Part shown: one piece after another, positions 37,630 through 50,369 of the stretch
Numbering within the stretch: position 1 is the stretch's first letter
Layout of the letters: each line of letters opens with the position of its first letter
DNA from: Vezdaea acicularis
Lineage: Eukaryota
Assembly (NCBI GenBank): GCA_026025075.1
Contig: JAPEUI010000010.1
Span: forward strand, 62,001 to 126,000
Direction of reading: 5' to 3'
DNA length: 64,000 nt
Notes under the pieces: model-generated
Database searches by the model: none
Told to the model about the DNA's origin: nothing
Seen by the model: the letters and a program-made list of their open reading frames with translations, nothing else
Program-made: the position numbers and the translations under genes

Positions 37630-40600
37630 TCAAACCTCATGTGAGGCGTCCTTCTTAACGACGCTCCTCCCCTTCCGTCTGATCCAAAAGCCCACCCTCG
37701 ACAGCCTCAACAAGCCGCCTCCCATCCGCCCAAAACTCCGCTTAACGCCCCTTTTCAGCCTGAGCAGGACATACACCACCGCCAAGACGACCGCCGTGAC
37801 GGGTAGGGCGATCTGCCAGAAACGCGCCTGCGTGAAGCTCGAGTTACGGATATCGACGCTGTTGATGCCGAGGTACGACGAGACGAAGGAGAGCGGGAGG
37901 AAGATGACGGTCACGACGGTAAAGATCAGGATGGCTTTGTTGTTGGACTCCTTGCGGACGTTGATCGTCTGGCTGAGGAGGTTTTTCTTGTTCGAGGCCA
38001 GGATGAGAAGCTCGTCGATGTTCCTCTCCTTTTGATCGACGTGTGCGATGCTCGCGCACAGGCGCTGTTGACTGAGGCGTTCCTGGGAGTTGTCCTCGTG
38101 TCCGCTGGCGCTGATGGCGAAGGCGGTTGCAAGGACAGTACGTTGCTGTCGTGTTACGTTTCTAATGATTTCGAGCTCTTCGACCATGCATTGGATGGAG
38201 TCGAAGACGGTTACAGACGGGTTCTCGAGCATTTCTAGTTCCTGTTATCATAGGTTAGCGAGATCGTGTCTCTCAGTAAGAGTGGAAGAGCTTGCTTACT
38301 AGCTGAGACATGTACACGCGGTATGATTCCAGCATGTTGAAACCGCGGTCTAAATCTTTGTCGCTGTTTCCACTGAGATCCATGTTACCGTCAAAATCGC
38401 CATCTTCATCAGACATCTTGACGAGCCGTTCCATAAGAAGCGCGGCGATTCCCTCAGGATCGACGCTGCGATGGGTCACGGCCCTGCTAAAATCGCCCTG
38501 GGTGATCATCAGAATCAGCATATTCTTTCCTTGTTGCAACGTCTTCTCGCATCTTTCCGCGTACTCCATGGAAGGCAATGATGGCCGCCCGTTGTTGTAA
38601 GCCCATTCTACCTTGCTTGAGATGCAGACCCACATCACTAGATTTTGGAAAGCTTGCACGAGCGCATCTGGGATACAATAACGATGCTCTCCCTTAGACG
38701 AGCTCCCCGATACGCCGCAGATGATCTGGTCGATTATGGCAAGAAACCTCGAAGTCATTTTCAAAGTTAGGTCTATATGGTGTCTCGAGCCATAGACCTT
38801 GTGCGTTTGTTAACTAGTGTGCGTAACATACAAGCATGGATCTAACTCACATTCGGATCAATCCTCAAAGTACAATTCAGTGCTCCGCAGTAGGCATCTA
38901 TCAGATCTGATCTCTTCTAAAAATGAGCGACTCAGGCTGTCTCATTTGAGTAACAAGCACTTACGTAGTTGGAAGGAACGAAAGCATCAAGTATCTTAAT
39001 TGATCTTTCAACAAGCTGTTTTCTTATCTCCCATTCCGCCTTCAAACTTTGAAAGTTGAGCGGTCGGTCCTTCTTCTCTCGGATAACCACCAAGGCATCT
39101 AACTCTTCTATAGTGTCTTTTATATCTGCTTTAGTCGCCCGTTTGGTTTTTGTATAATACTGCCGATCTTCGATTCTCTTCTCGAATGAGCGAATCAATT
39201 GATCTTGAGCATCCTTCAGGATATCGTCCAACTTGGCGTCAGATTCGGCCTTCTTGCTCGTCAGAGGCTCCACGCTTTCAACTGCTTCTGCCTTATCAGT
39301 ACCGTCAAGTTTGCTCGTTATCTCTGCTCGCGTTGGCCAGGTGAATATTGCTGGTACCCTGAGCTTTGTTACTTGCGATGGACTTCGGATAGGCTCAGGT
39401 TGTCGTGGCGAGGCAGAACTTTTTCGTGGCGTCTTCTCTGGCGCTTTCTCCGGCGCTTTCATCGCTGCTTTCTCTAGCACTTCTCCCTGCGTTTCTTCCC
39501 GTTGCTGTGAGGTTTCAGAAGGGATCTCAGTTTTCCCATCGATTCTTGGGCTCTCTGGCTCCTTGGCCGGACGGCTGGAAGGCCTCGTATAATAAACTGT
39601 CTCAGTATGATATTCCGTTGAACCAGATCTTTCCTTTCGACTGTTGGGCCTGGGTAAAATCTCCGATAAGCCTGTACTCTTTGCTCGCTTGCGAACGGGA
39701 TAGTCTGCAGTGCTCCGTGAGTAATTCACTGACTGCGGCCTAGGCCGTATGGGAGGGCTGTATAGTGATTGAGGCCGTGAAGTTTTGTCGGATCTTTCAG
39801 ACGTATTGTAGAGTACGGTAGGTGGCACATCATGTAGCGACTGAGAATGGCGATGGCTATTGCCCTGACTCTTAACAGAATGGCTGTCGTCATTGACAAC
39901 GCTTGTTGGGCGACGGGGCGCCGCCGAAGACCGAACAGATCCTTGAGATAAGCGCCTTTCTCCTGTTGAGGGTCTCTTATCTTTCTTTTTGCCGATTGCT
40001 TCAGCAACAGGTGCTCTTGCGAAGGTTTCTTTCTTTGGCAGCTGGGCCGTGTGATCCAACAGCAATGTCCGCTCTTCAGGGGGTACAAATCTTGGGATAA
40101 TGACGAAGTTCGTGTCGCTCTAGAAGAAGCTTTCGGTAAACATTCGACGGAGATAAAAATTGTGAATATCACTTACTGGTTCAGTGTAAAATTCAATCTT
40201 AAAATGGTCTAGCGTTTCTAGCGAGATGTCCTGCTTTGACATCCTCGTGAAGATAGGTCTTCTCGAATCCTCTGCAGGTTGTAGGGGGTTCTTGATCGAA
40301 TGAGCATAAGGCTGAGGCGGTGAGCTCGATGAATTGCGATCCAGTGGAGGGGATTTAGGGAGAGGAAGGGTATTAAGAGACGGTAGCGAAGATTGGGTAT
40401 CCGCTGGTGGAGGAGGGTCGGAAGATTCTCCTCGAGGAGAATGTGGTAGAAGTTGCAGCGGCTGTTGAGACCCTCCCAGCGCTGTTCCTACCTGTGAAAG
40501 GATGCTAAGAGGAGACCGTTCCCGTTGTGGCGAAAGTGACGGACGTACTGACTCGCCGGATGGACTTAATAGTAACGCTTCATTGTTAAAAAGTGGCGAA

Positions 40601-43600
40601 CCAGGCATCTGCTGCTGTTTTCTGCTCTCTTCACGTTTGATTCTATTAGTTTCTTCGTTGGTGATGATGCTATCAACCCATAGCTCCGTACTTCCTTGAG
40701 ATTGCAGTGCTCGTGATTGCTCGTCCATATCTTTTTGATCTTTTTGCGTTGTTCGCTCAATTTGTTTCCTCAGTTTCTCAGTCTCCTCCTTCCAACGTGA
40801 CTCCTCGGTCATAGCACGCCCGCGGATGTGTTCCTGGAGTTCCTTTTCCAGGCCTAACCTCTCTAGCTCCTTACGGATTATCAGCTCCCTCTTTTCAGTC
40901 TCTAGCGCGCGAATTTCCTCTTTAATTTGCCGATCAGTTTCATCTTCCTTCTCCTTTCTCTCTAGTAGGGATTGCCTCGAAGGCACTTGATCATGTCGTG
41001 ACATAGAACGGACCCGTTCAGATTGAGAATGAAAATGTGATGAGGATTTTCTGGATCTTGCTCGTGGCTTGACAGAAGTACGTTGGCGACCTCGATCGAG
41101 CCCCGGACTCTTTGGCTCTTGGTTTTTTGTGTCTAGGCTTGGGCGTCTCGTGTTTAGAGTAGGCCGCACTTTTAAAGGATCAGATGGACGATTGGAAGTT
41201 ATGTGCTTCTGCGTATCAACCTTAGTATCTCTGAACCTAGGGATTGAAGTCTCGAAGCTCGGAACTTCTAGACCCCCTCCAGATGAACTCTCGTTATCAT
41301 TTTGGGACCTACGATGTCTACGCTCAATTATCTTAGGCTCAGAGGAAGAAGAATGGTTATCTTCGACAAAAGAGACTTGTTTCTTAGGAGCGACACGGCT
41401 CGCGGGCTCGTTCTCATCCTCAACGGTTGGTTGCATCTTTTTCTTATTGCCCTTTTCTGTAATGTCCTGAATACCATTCTCTTGGGCCGCACGGGGGGCT
41501 TTTAGCAACAGCGGTGTATGTTCAGGGACTCGCTTCGAGCTCATCACTGAGGATGAGGTAGATGCAATGGGGGTCCGAACACGCCCCTTTGAAGGTACCC
41601 TTCGAATTATCATTTCTGCTGTAGATCCCGCGTGGGACGAAGTGTAAGGGTCTTTCGGACGAGTATCGATGAATACCTGATGCGATATCTGGTCGTCTTG
41701 CTCTTCAGAATCGCCAAATATGCTAATCATAGGTACGTCTTCGGACTCCTCGATGGGTGTCATCTTCCAGTGTAATGACAGGCTGATTTGTACCGATTTC
41801 TCGGACAGTAGTAAAGTTGCCCAGCTCTTGTCTGTTATTTGTTCGTCTCCAAAGAGAAGTTCATAGCCATATCCTTTGGACTCCTCAAACATGTTATGAG
41901 AGATAGGAAAAGACTCCCTTCCTATAGTCTCAAGTAGCTCAAACCATGTCTGACATTTCTCAATTGGAAGATAGTAGCGTTGCTTCGCCGTATCCATATA
42001 TCGTATGATCTTAGGTCTTTGCTCCTTTTCATTCGGAGTAGAAAATGGCTCTTTCTGGACAAAGTCCCCACCCAGCTTTGTAATATCCATTGGCGCTAAT
42101 GTAATGAGCGTGTCTTTCCAAGTAAGCAACAGGCCAGCTCTTGTGATTCGAAACGGGGTTCTCACCTTTGTTGAGCAGTATGCACCAAAGCTGTGGAACG
42201 TGAATGCAATGCAATGCATCACGTATTTGCTTATTAATTTGACAGATAACTTGATTTTTGTCTCTTCTTTCGGTAGATTCTTGTCGATAATGCGCCTGAT
42301 GCAAAGAGCGAGGAAAATGTTGTGATATTGTTTTTCTATGTTCGAGCGAGCGAGGCGATATGATATTCACAGATTCACGAGGACGAAGCTGATCAAGGGA
42401 GAAGTAAGGCATACAAAAGAAGACGGCTGACCTCTCCTCCGAGGCGCTGTCCGGGGCATTTTCAGACTTTTTGCTTCCAAGGAGTCGAAATCCAGCGGGC
42501 TCTAAGTACTTGCCATGGATGTATTTCTTCTCGCAGTTATTTCGAATTTCTTCAAAAACAGTGAGTATCATGCTTTTGTCATTTGACCGGAGTCCCAAGT
42601 TCTCGTTCACGGTATCCTGCAGTCGTTAGATTAATCCTCAAGGATCACAAATGTCATTTGAAGAATAGTAGATCAGATGAAATCAAAGGTGATGATACAA
42701 CAATATCCTCAGAGGAGATAAAAGGTAGGGATACACGTGACGAGGAATGACTGGTTGCACGGAGGTTTGCTGGTATCATACAGTAGTGATGTGCAGGTTA
42801 TATAGGCATAATATGCTTTGATATAAGAAAACCCTCCTCGTCAGCATGGATGAATTTCAAAATTACTAACCTCGAAATGGCTCCAGTCAATCTCATCACT
42901 CTGAATATGCCTTGAGACAGACTGTTAGATACCTTTTCCAAAACAAAAGTGAGATATGAAGAAAGAAGACATACATCCATTTGATATCGCCAGTCAAGCC
43001 ATCACTTTTCCCAAGAGATTCCCCATTTTTGGTCGTCAGGATGGCAGTATCATGTCCGCCATCTTCAGTTCTAGACAGACACTTTGTCTGTAACACTTGC
43101 AGGAATTCCGGTTCAGTCGGCTTTCCCCTAAACAATGCGGGTCGACGGGGGGAAGAGGTCTGCAAGTCGTTGAAAGTGTCTGCCCGCGTGGTTTTCGCAC
43201 TACCTAGATCTAGAAGTTCTGGATGGCTGGCCGAAAGGGGGATTTTTCGCGACCATGCCCTTCCGAAATTAAGCTTTTCGCCTGCTCCAAGGCCGGCGAT
43301 TGGATCAAAGGTTTGCCTTTGGTTCATTGGAAAGTGTTGAACGATATTAGTCTCCTCGTGGGCTACTCCCATTTGATGGTAAGGCGGCGGTGAAGGCAGA
43401 TATACGGAACCTAATGGTTGAGGTAGCCCTGTAGATTGAGGCGCTCCCGTAGACTGAGGTAGTCCAACAAACTGAGGTGGTCCCATATATGGAGGTGGTC
43501 CCCTATAGGAAGGGGGTACCATAGACGGAGGAGGCCTGACTGAGCTATAAGATCGGCTGGGAGGCGGTGGTGGTGGCATGCGCCGTCTTGCTTCATGAAG

Positions 43601-44767
43601 AGCAGCACTAGCAGCATCCGCAGGTAGATGGCCATCGGGTTGATAATGCGGCATTGGCGGTGGTGGCCATTCGTGATAGTCTTCACCTCTATCTGTTGCT
43701 GCATTACGGGCATCGGCCCTCGTTCGATACTGTCCAGAAATGCTTGAAACAGACGGAGGCAAGCCGGTAGATGTAAAAGAGGATTGACGCCCATTGATAT
43801 TGGGACGTTGCTGCGACGGAGTGGGACGAGACTGATAATCCGGGAGGTATCTGTTTTGCGCTGGTCGATCCCATATATAACTCGACTCTATGTCGTAGGC
43901 TCCCCGCTTTGGTGGTGGCGGTGGTGGTGGCATGTGCATTATCGGCGCAAGATCGGGATGATATGATTTCGGTCGAGAGCGCGATTGCTGTCGTGGTGGC
44001 GGTGGCGGTGGATGTATGCGGTCAAGCTCTTCGTCAGAGTAGTTCCAGGTTCGCGGCCGTGGTGCTGGCGGTGGCCTTGTACGATAGACCTCTTCCGCGT
44101 CGCTAAGTCGTAGATCAATGTCGGCATCAGCACCCCACTGATCTCGCTGATACCTTGGAGGGACATAAGAGCCATCATCGGAATCAAGGTATCCACGGCG
44201 ATCATCGATGCTATCCTCCGTATATTTCCGGATTGGAGGAGCGGGAAACGAGGAATGACTTGTTATATGAGGAATATCATCGGGAGGCGGGAAAGCATAA
44301 CTACTTGGGGAATAACTACGGCGTATACCACTCACGGTTGGTGAGCTCGAGGAACGACGATTCTCAGTAGGATGGCTCGTCCTACTACCACTTGGTGAAT
44401 TCGAGTACCGAGGGCGTCCAGCACGAACATCTGGGGAAATAGAACGCCGGCGCGTATAAGGGCCCGGTGAGGTTGGGACATCGCCAGTCCCATAACGATA
44501 GCCTACACTCCTATCGCTTGGTGAATTTGAGGAGCGACGACCTACAGCACCATGCAGTGGCAGACGACTACGGGGCTGCCTTTCCTTGCGATATCCCCGG
44601 GCTCCTAGTTCCGAATCCGCGGAGGAAACCGACCGATCCGACAAATAAACGCCTGTTCCCGGAGAAGCCTCCTCATCTTCCCACTCCGAGTCCTGACCCA
44701 CACCGACGGTCCAAAGGGAGTCTTCACTAGTGAAACTGTCAGGGTAAGCAGAGTGATTTCTGGGCAT
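37630..44767 (-). CDS. Very large multi-exon protein (about 2000 aa) with a Pro/Ser-rich N-terminus and a C-terminal CorA/ZntB-like 2-TM domain
   Basis: Chain of same-strand ORFs joined by GT-AG introns; motifs FFCMPYFSL, HVPQLWC.LL...LIT; C-terminus NNKAILIFTVVTVIFLPLSFVSSYLGINSVDIR...FWQIALPVT. Internal exon borders are approximate. Confidence 0.8.
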
Positions 44768-45983
44768 AGCGAAAGACGGTAGAAGTTACAGAGTCATAAC
44801 TTCGAAAAATTGTGAGAGAGTAGATGAAAGCGGAACGATCACTTACATAAAAGGTGGAGGCTGGGCGGTGAGGCTGAAAGATGGAATAAAAGACCAGGGT
44901 CTATGATACACTGGCGCATATCGAGCAGTTGATAACGACTGACTAAAAGCTATGGGTAGAAAGCGTCAGTATGATTTGCGCAGAAGATATGTGCGCTAGA
45001 GTAGGTCGCCCGATTCGGGATAATGCATGGGGGCCCCGCAACCGAGCAAGCACGCCGCTGTCAAAAAACGGTCGTGCGGGGGGGGGGTGCATTTTGGGGA
45101 TTTGTTCCGAAAATAGTGCGGCAGAATAAAATCCCATAAACATCACGCAAACTCCGTCCACGCCTACGATGGCCATCACATGAGAGCAGATCTTCACAAC
45201 TCCCGAGACCGGCATTATAACGAACGCATGTCATGTTTTCCCATGAGGTGACGGTCTTCACCTCCTGTCCGCAAAACTCGTCCATGTATGTACCGCGAAG
45301 CGCCTTCGATAGTTATATAAAACATCGAACGATTTCCATACAGATTAGCGGGTTCCCGGCTATATGAACACCGGTTTGGATCCATGCACACATATTGCCA
45401 TTATGTGAACATTTACCCCCTTTCATCTAAGCGGAACGTCTTCACGGAATGAACGACGCAGCCCGTTCTGGGGTACGCCTAGCCTGCGAGTCTTCCTCTC
45501 GGGAACAGGCCTTTCTTTGGAGAAGCAGGAAGTCCTATCAGCCCAGATGTTCTGCTTGCTAATCCTCCTCTTCCTGCGGATGCTACAGTCCTGTGTCATA
45601 AGTCTTCGTCCGATTTTAGCGACGGAGCACCACATCAAAATACCTGCCTAGATAAGCACCTCATATCAGCATCAAATCTGGCCCAAAATGTACAATTCAA
45701 ATGTCAAATTAAATATAAAACCTAAGGTCTTCCGCTTTGTCAATTTTGATTTTCGATATTTGCGCTGTGGTGGTGGATGTGGTGCGAATTGTTGTTGATA
45801 GAAAAGTCTGTTGAAATCGGACGAAGACTTATGACATGGACTGCATGTCGTTTTGGCGCGTAGGGCTGATACCCGCTTCTCGGCTTGTCGGCTTCTCAGT
45901 TCTTTGTTCTTCCTCCATCTACAAACCCTCATCCCGCACCCTCTTCTCCTCCTCCGCCCACTCCTCCTCCCCCAATCGACGCA

Positions 45984-46493
45984 TCAGAAACCATCCCCTG
46001 CGCACCGCCCCCGATCCAACAAATAAAAAAACATCACCAGCACAAACCACATCAACACCTCCTGCACCCCCTCCACCCTCCACCACTGATCCCGCACCTT
46101 CCTCACCTCCTCCGCCCACTCCTCATCTTGTTTCTCATCCGCATCCAGCCCATCACCAACCACCCACCCTTCCTGCCGTCCCTTGACTCCCTCCCACCAC
46201 CCCCTTAACACCCACTTTCCCCACTCCACCAGAACTAACGCACACCCCGTAGCCCATGGCCGACGAAGACCAGGCCATCTTCCTTTCTCATTCCCACACC
46301 AGAGTATCCTGGCTTCTTGGTGGTGGTGATGGTACCATGGCGGGGAAGTCGTGGAGGAGAAGGTCAGGGGCGGGAGGAATGGAAGGAGGAATGGGGGGAT
46401 GAATGGAAGAATGAAGACTAGGGTCAGGAGGAGCAGGAGAAGATCGGAAGACAAGACAGCGACGAAAAGAGAGCGGGACGGGGGATTGGTCAT
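45984..46493 (-). CDS. Orphan 3-TM protein (169 aa from the first ATG), distant paralogue of 25974-26720
   Basis: Shared motifs WC...WPxLRxxW, QExW, RxxRD(E/Q)W...E and LDxxxC with the same TM spacing. Confidence 0.6.
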   Translation of the reverse strand: MTNPPSRSLFVAVLSSDLLLLLLTLVFILPFIPPFLLPFLPPLTFSSTTSPPWYHHHHQEARILWCGNEKGRWPGLRRPWATGCALVLVEWGKWVLRGWWEGVKGRQEGWVVGDGLDADEKQDEEWAEEVRKVRDQWWRVEGVQEVLMWFVLVMFFYLLDRGRCAGDGF

Positions 46494-46862
46494 CTTTTTG
46501 GCTTTTTGGCTCTTTGGCTCAAGGTTTGGTGGACGGTGGGAGGGTGTGGGTGGTTGCGGTGACGGTGCTAGTGGTGGTGCTAAAGAACTTGCGGAGAGAG
46601 CAAGAAGTTCGTCCTCCGGGCTCAGTCCGGACCCCGAACGAAGAAATCGAGGAGGCAATACGCGTTGTGGCGGTTAGGAGATTGGATGAATGAGAAGTCT
46701 TCCCTTTCTGCAGCGTACACTTCTGGATGAAACGGGCGGTGTTGTCCGTACAAAAGCGTAGGACCGACGAGCGGAATCACTTACTTATATACTTGTAACC
46801 CAAGAGCAGAGAACGAAGGAAAGAACGACTCACTTGACCACAGATATCGAGACTTGTAAGGA

Positions 46863-47187
46863 AACCACAGAGGGTGAAGAGAGAAGTGATGTAGCTGTAT
46901 CCAGTACCAAAACTCGGAAAGTGCGTTCAGCAGCTACGCCTTCTCACCGTCTGTCCGGTATACAAAACCTCCCCCCCCCCCCCTTCGCGGAACCCAACTC
47001 CTTCATACCCACCCACCTCACCCAAAACCAGAATAACCAACAAACTCACTTCCCCACATAGCTCAAACCACACAAGCAAACCCACCACAGAGAGTGAAGC
47101 AGAGAAAGTTGAGTTGAACTGAACTGAACGGAGCTGTATCCAGTACCGAAAACCCCGGAACGTGCGTGAAGCGGCTACGCCTTCTCA
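46863..47187. repeat. Degenerate direct repeat (about 85-100 bp, two copies about 230 bp apart)
   Basis: ACCACAGAG(G/A)GTGAAG...AGCTGTATCCAGTACC(A/G)AAA...GTGCGT...GCTACGCCTTCTCA at 46863-46946 and 47084-47187. Confidence 0.85.
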
Positions 47188-47722
47188 AAGTGACTGCAGA
47201 AGCGCTCAACTCACCCACTCACGGCTAAGGCGAGGAGGGAAGGCGCCCCCTCCCCCCTCCCCCCTTTCTCCCGCGTGGAAGGGGCAGGACACGATCGCAT
47301 ACACGCAGACAGGCGTATTACGAGATCGAGGCTCATCAGGCGGAAAGAAGACGGTGGAGGGGGGCGAGGTGTCACGGAGAGAGAGAGAGAGAGAGAGGTA
47401 TCACGACGAGAGGGAGAGAGAGGTAATCACGTGGAAGAGTGAGTGAGAGAGATCATTGGATATAAGTTTTAATTACACGGCGTTCCCAAAAACCCCCCCA
47501 CGGGTTTCCCCCCCCCCCCCCCCCGTTTCGTGTTCCCCTTGGTATATATAAAAATTGTTATAGTATATCCAACCCGCAGCGAAATAGTCTTCGCGCGACG
47601 ACCGAACGAGAGAAGACGAGAGATCCGTGGGGAGAGGGTACACAATGACACGACGAAGAGTGTAGGCGGACGAAAAGCAGAGATGCGACGAGAAAAAAAA
47701 AGAAGACAGCGGCGCGGAAGCC

Positions 47723-49697
47723 CTAGACCATCTTCTCGGTATTGCTCTCGGCGGGCATCTCCTCGCGGCTGCCATCGCTGGAGCCCTTGTGGTGGGGGGG
47801 GACGCCGGTGGCGCTGCCGCGATGGCCGGAGCTGACAGGGTCGTACTCGGGGGTGCCTGGGACTTCACCGGCGAGCTGTTCGAGGGTCTTGCGTTTGGTC
47901 TCGGGGATGAGGAGGGAGGTGAAGATACCGCAGAGCATGAAGAGGGCGAAGATCTCCATGACGTGGTTGAGCCAGGGGGAGGCGGCGGCACCGGTGGCGC
48001 CGGGTTTGGCGCCGCGAGTACGAAGAGGGCCGAAGACGACTTGGGCGATGATGGCGCCGAGTTTGCCGGAGGCGGCGGAGAGGCCGTGCGAGGTGGAGCG
48101 GTAGCGCGTCGGGAAGCATTCGCCGGGCACGATGAAGGTGGTGGCGTTGGGGCCGAAGTTGAAGAAGAACTGGGCGAGGACGTAGAGGGCGAGGAGGGCG
48201 TGCCCGTTGAGCTTGTGGTAGGCGAAGCCGATGATGACGAAGAGGATGGTGAGCATGACGAAGCCCATGATCTGGATGGGCTTGCGGCCGACGGTGTCGA
48301 CGAGCGCGACGGTGACCCAGTAGCCGGGGATGGCGCCGGCGCAGACGAGGATGAGGTTGCCGACGGCCGTGTTGTAGAGGACGTGATAGACGTTGGAACC
48401 GCCGCTGTATCCGATGGCGGCCAAGACGATCGAGTTGTTGAGACCGAGACCGTAGAACGCAACCTGGTAAGGATTCAAGTCAGTATGAAAATTCGCTATA
48501 TGGGCCGCTCTAGACTCAAAGAGAAAAAAACTCACGTCGAGGAAGAACCAGGAGCCCGCGGTTCCGAGGAGGACCTTGCCGTGCCTCCACTGGCCGTAAT
48601 GGTGGATGAAGTCAGCCCAGCTGGCCTTGGGGATCTCGAGCTGTTGGGTCTCGGCCTGGTAGGTCTGCGCACGGAGGACCTCGTCGGGGTGACCCTCGGC
48701 CTTCCCGGCGACGTAGGCCTTGATATCGGAACCGGCCTTGACGACATCACGGGAGACATCGAAGGTATATCGAGGAGTCTCGGGGATGGTCAATCGGTAG
48801 TAGAGGGCGACGCAACCCGGGACCGCACCGAAGCCGATCACCACACGCCACGACTTGTCGACGGCAAGACGGCAGACACCGCCACATGTAGCGGCGCTCT
48901 TGGCGGTCTTGAGCGAGTTCTTGAATCCGGCGGCGCAGATAAGAGCGATGATGGATGCGACGAACTGGCCGATACCCTGCATGGCGAACACGGATCCCAT
49001 CATAGCGCCTCTCCATTTGGTAGTAGCAAACCTAGACGAGTCAGTACGTTGCAGATTGCATTGCAGCCGCAAGTGATCAGGAGCTGAAGGGGATAACATA
49101 CTCAGATGTGATGATCGAAGATAGCGGGTAGTCGCCTCCAATACCGATTCCCATTATCACGCGCCAGAAGACCAAGAGACCGACGACCGACATGGAGGGA
49201 GAGGCCGAGGTGAGAGCCTGAGCGAGCGTTGCGACAATGATTATGATCAATTCGAGGCCATACATCTTCTTCCGTCCCACGACGTCGGCGAGATAACCGA
49301 ATCCTACCTGACCGATAACCGTCCCACCGGACGTCGCGACCTTGATGGCGGTGTCCGAGTTGGATGGGATGACGCCCTTGTGGCTTGTGCCATACCAGTA
49401 GACGATCCCCAACATCTGCGAGGCCAAGTTGATGGCGAAGATGTCGTAGGCATCGGTGAAGAAACCGACACCGGCGACGACGACGGCGCGGACGTGGTAC
49501 CAGCCGAAAGGAGCTATCCCGCGACGTCAGCATGCTTATCGCGCACTGATAAGAACTTATCAGATGAAGGCGAAGCGCTTACCTTTGTCAATCTCGGCCA
49601 ATGCGAGACGACGGCGCTCATTCGGGTCCTCGATGTGAGCATAGTCGTTGTGGAAGTTGTGGAAGGCGGCATTGCCGCCGGCGGTCTGTTGAACCAT
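47723..49697 (-). CDS. PHO84: High-affinity phosphate:H+ symporter (MFS, PHS family)
   Basis: GGNAAFHNFHNDYAHIEDPNERRRLALAEIDK, GFFTDAYDIF, GIGIGGDYPLSS, RLTIPETPRY, NFGPNATTF, FPTRYRST.HG; 3 introns; TATAAA at 49823-49828. Confidence 0.96.
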
Positions 49698-50369
49698 TGC
49701 GAGGGAGCGAGAGACCTGTGATCGACTATAAGGATTGACAGGCGGGGTCGCAGGAAGGTAGATGCACCAGGGGGAGAGAAGCGGTGGTGGATGGAGGCAG
49801 GTCGAGTCCCGGGGAGGAGGTGTTTATATGAGGCCCCGATCGCACGCAGCCGTGGTAGCTCCTCACTTCTCGTTGGTGGGGAGGCGGCAAAAGCCCGCGA
49901 AGGTGGAGGGCCGGACTAGCCAGGGTCCTCGGCTGCAATATACGACTTTTCCAGCCAAATGACCCCTACGCTCTCCGCTTTGCCTCGACGCCGCCGAGCC
50001 AGGGCCTTGGCCCCACCGTCTACCCACCACCGCGGGCGCGTTAATGTGCAGATGGCGACAGGGTGTGTGGGGGGGGGTGTTGCTCTGGTGGAACGAGGGC
50101 GGCCGGGGTGGGGGGAGGGTTTAGGGCACTACCGCACGCTAGGCCCTCGCACCCGCCGAGAAAGGCAACTGGGGGAGCATCCCCGAGCGGCGAATCAGCG
50201 AGCGCGCCCGCGGCCGACGGTTTTTCCGGCCACTCAGCGCCCGCCGTCGTTGCACGCTCCTCCACCTCATCTGAAGTCGATGACTAGTGCAAATGTTCTA
50301 GATTCAGACACATCGCTTTCTAGCGCGACTCCCGAGAAGAGAGAGGGGGGGGTGGCCGAATCGTCAGGG

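Noticed and set aside
22583..47524. Poly-G/poly-C, (GA)n, (CTG)n and (GCATCAC)3 tracts
   Set aside because: Ordinary simple repeats; homopolymer lengths may be sequencing-dependent.
47789..49087. 432-aa + strand ORF (also long antisense ORFs over Pac2, AsnRS and COG5)
   Set aside because: Antisense shadow of a GC3-rich coding sequence.
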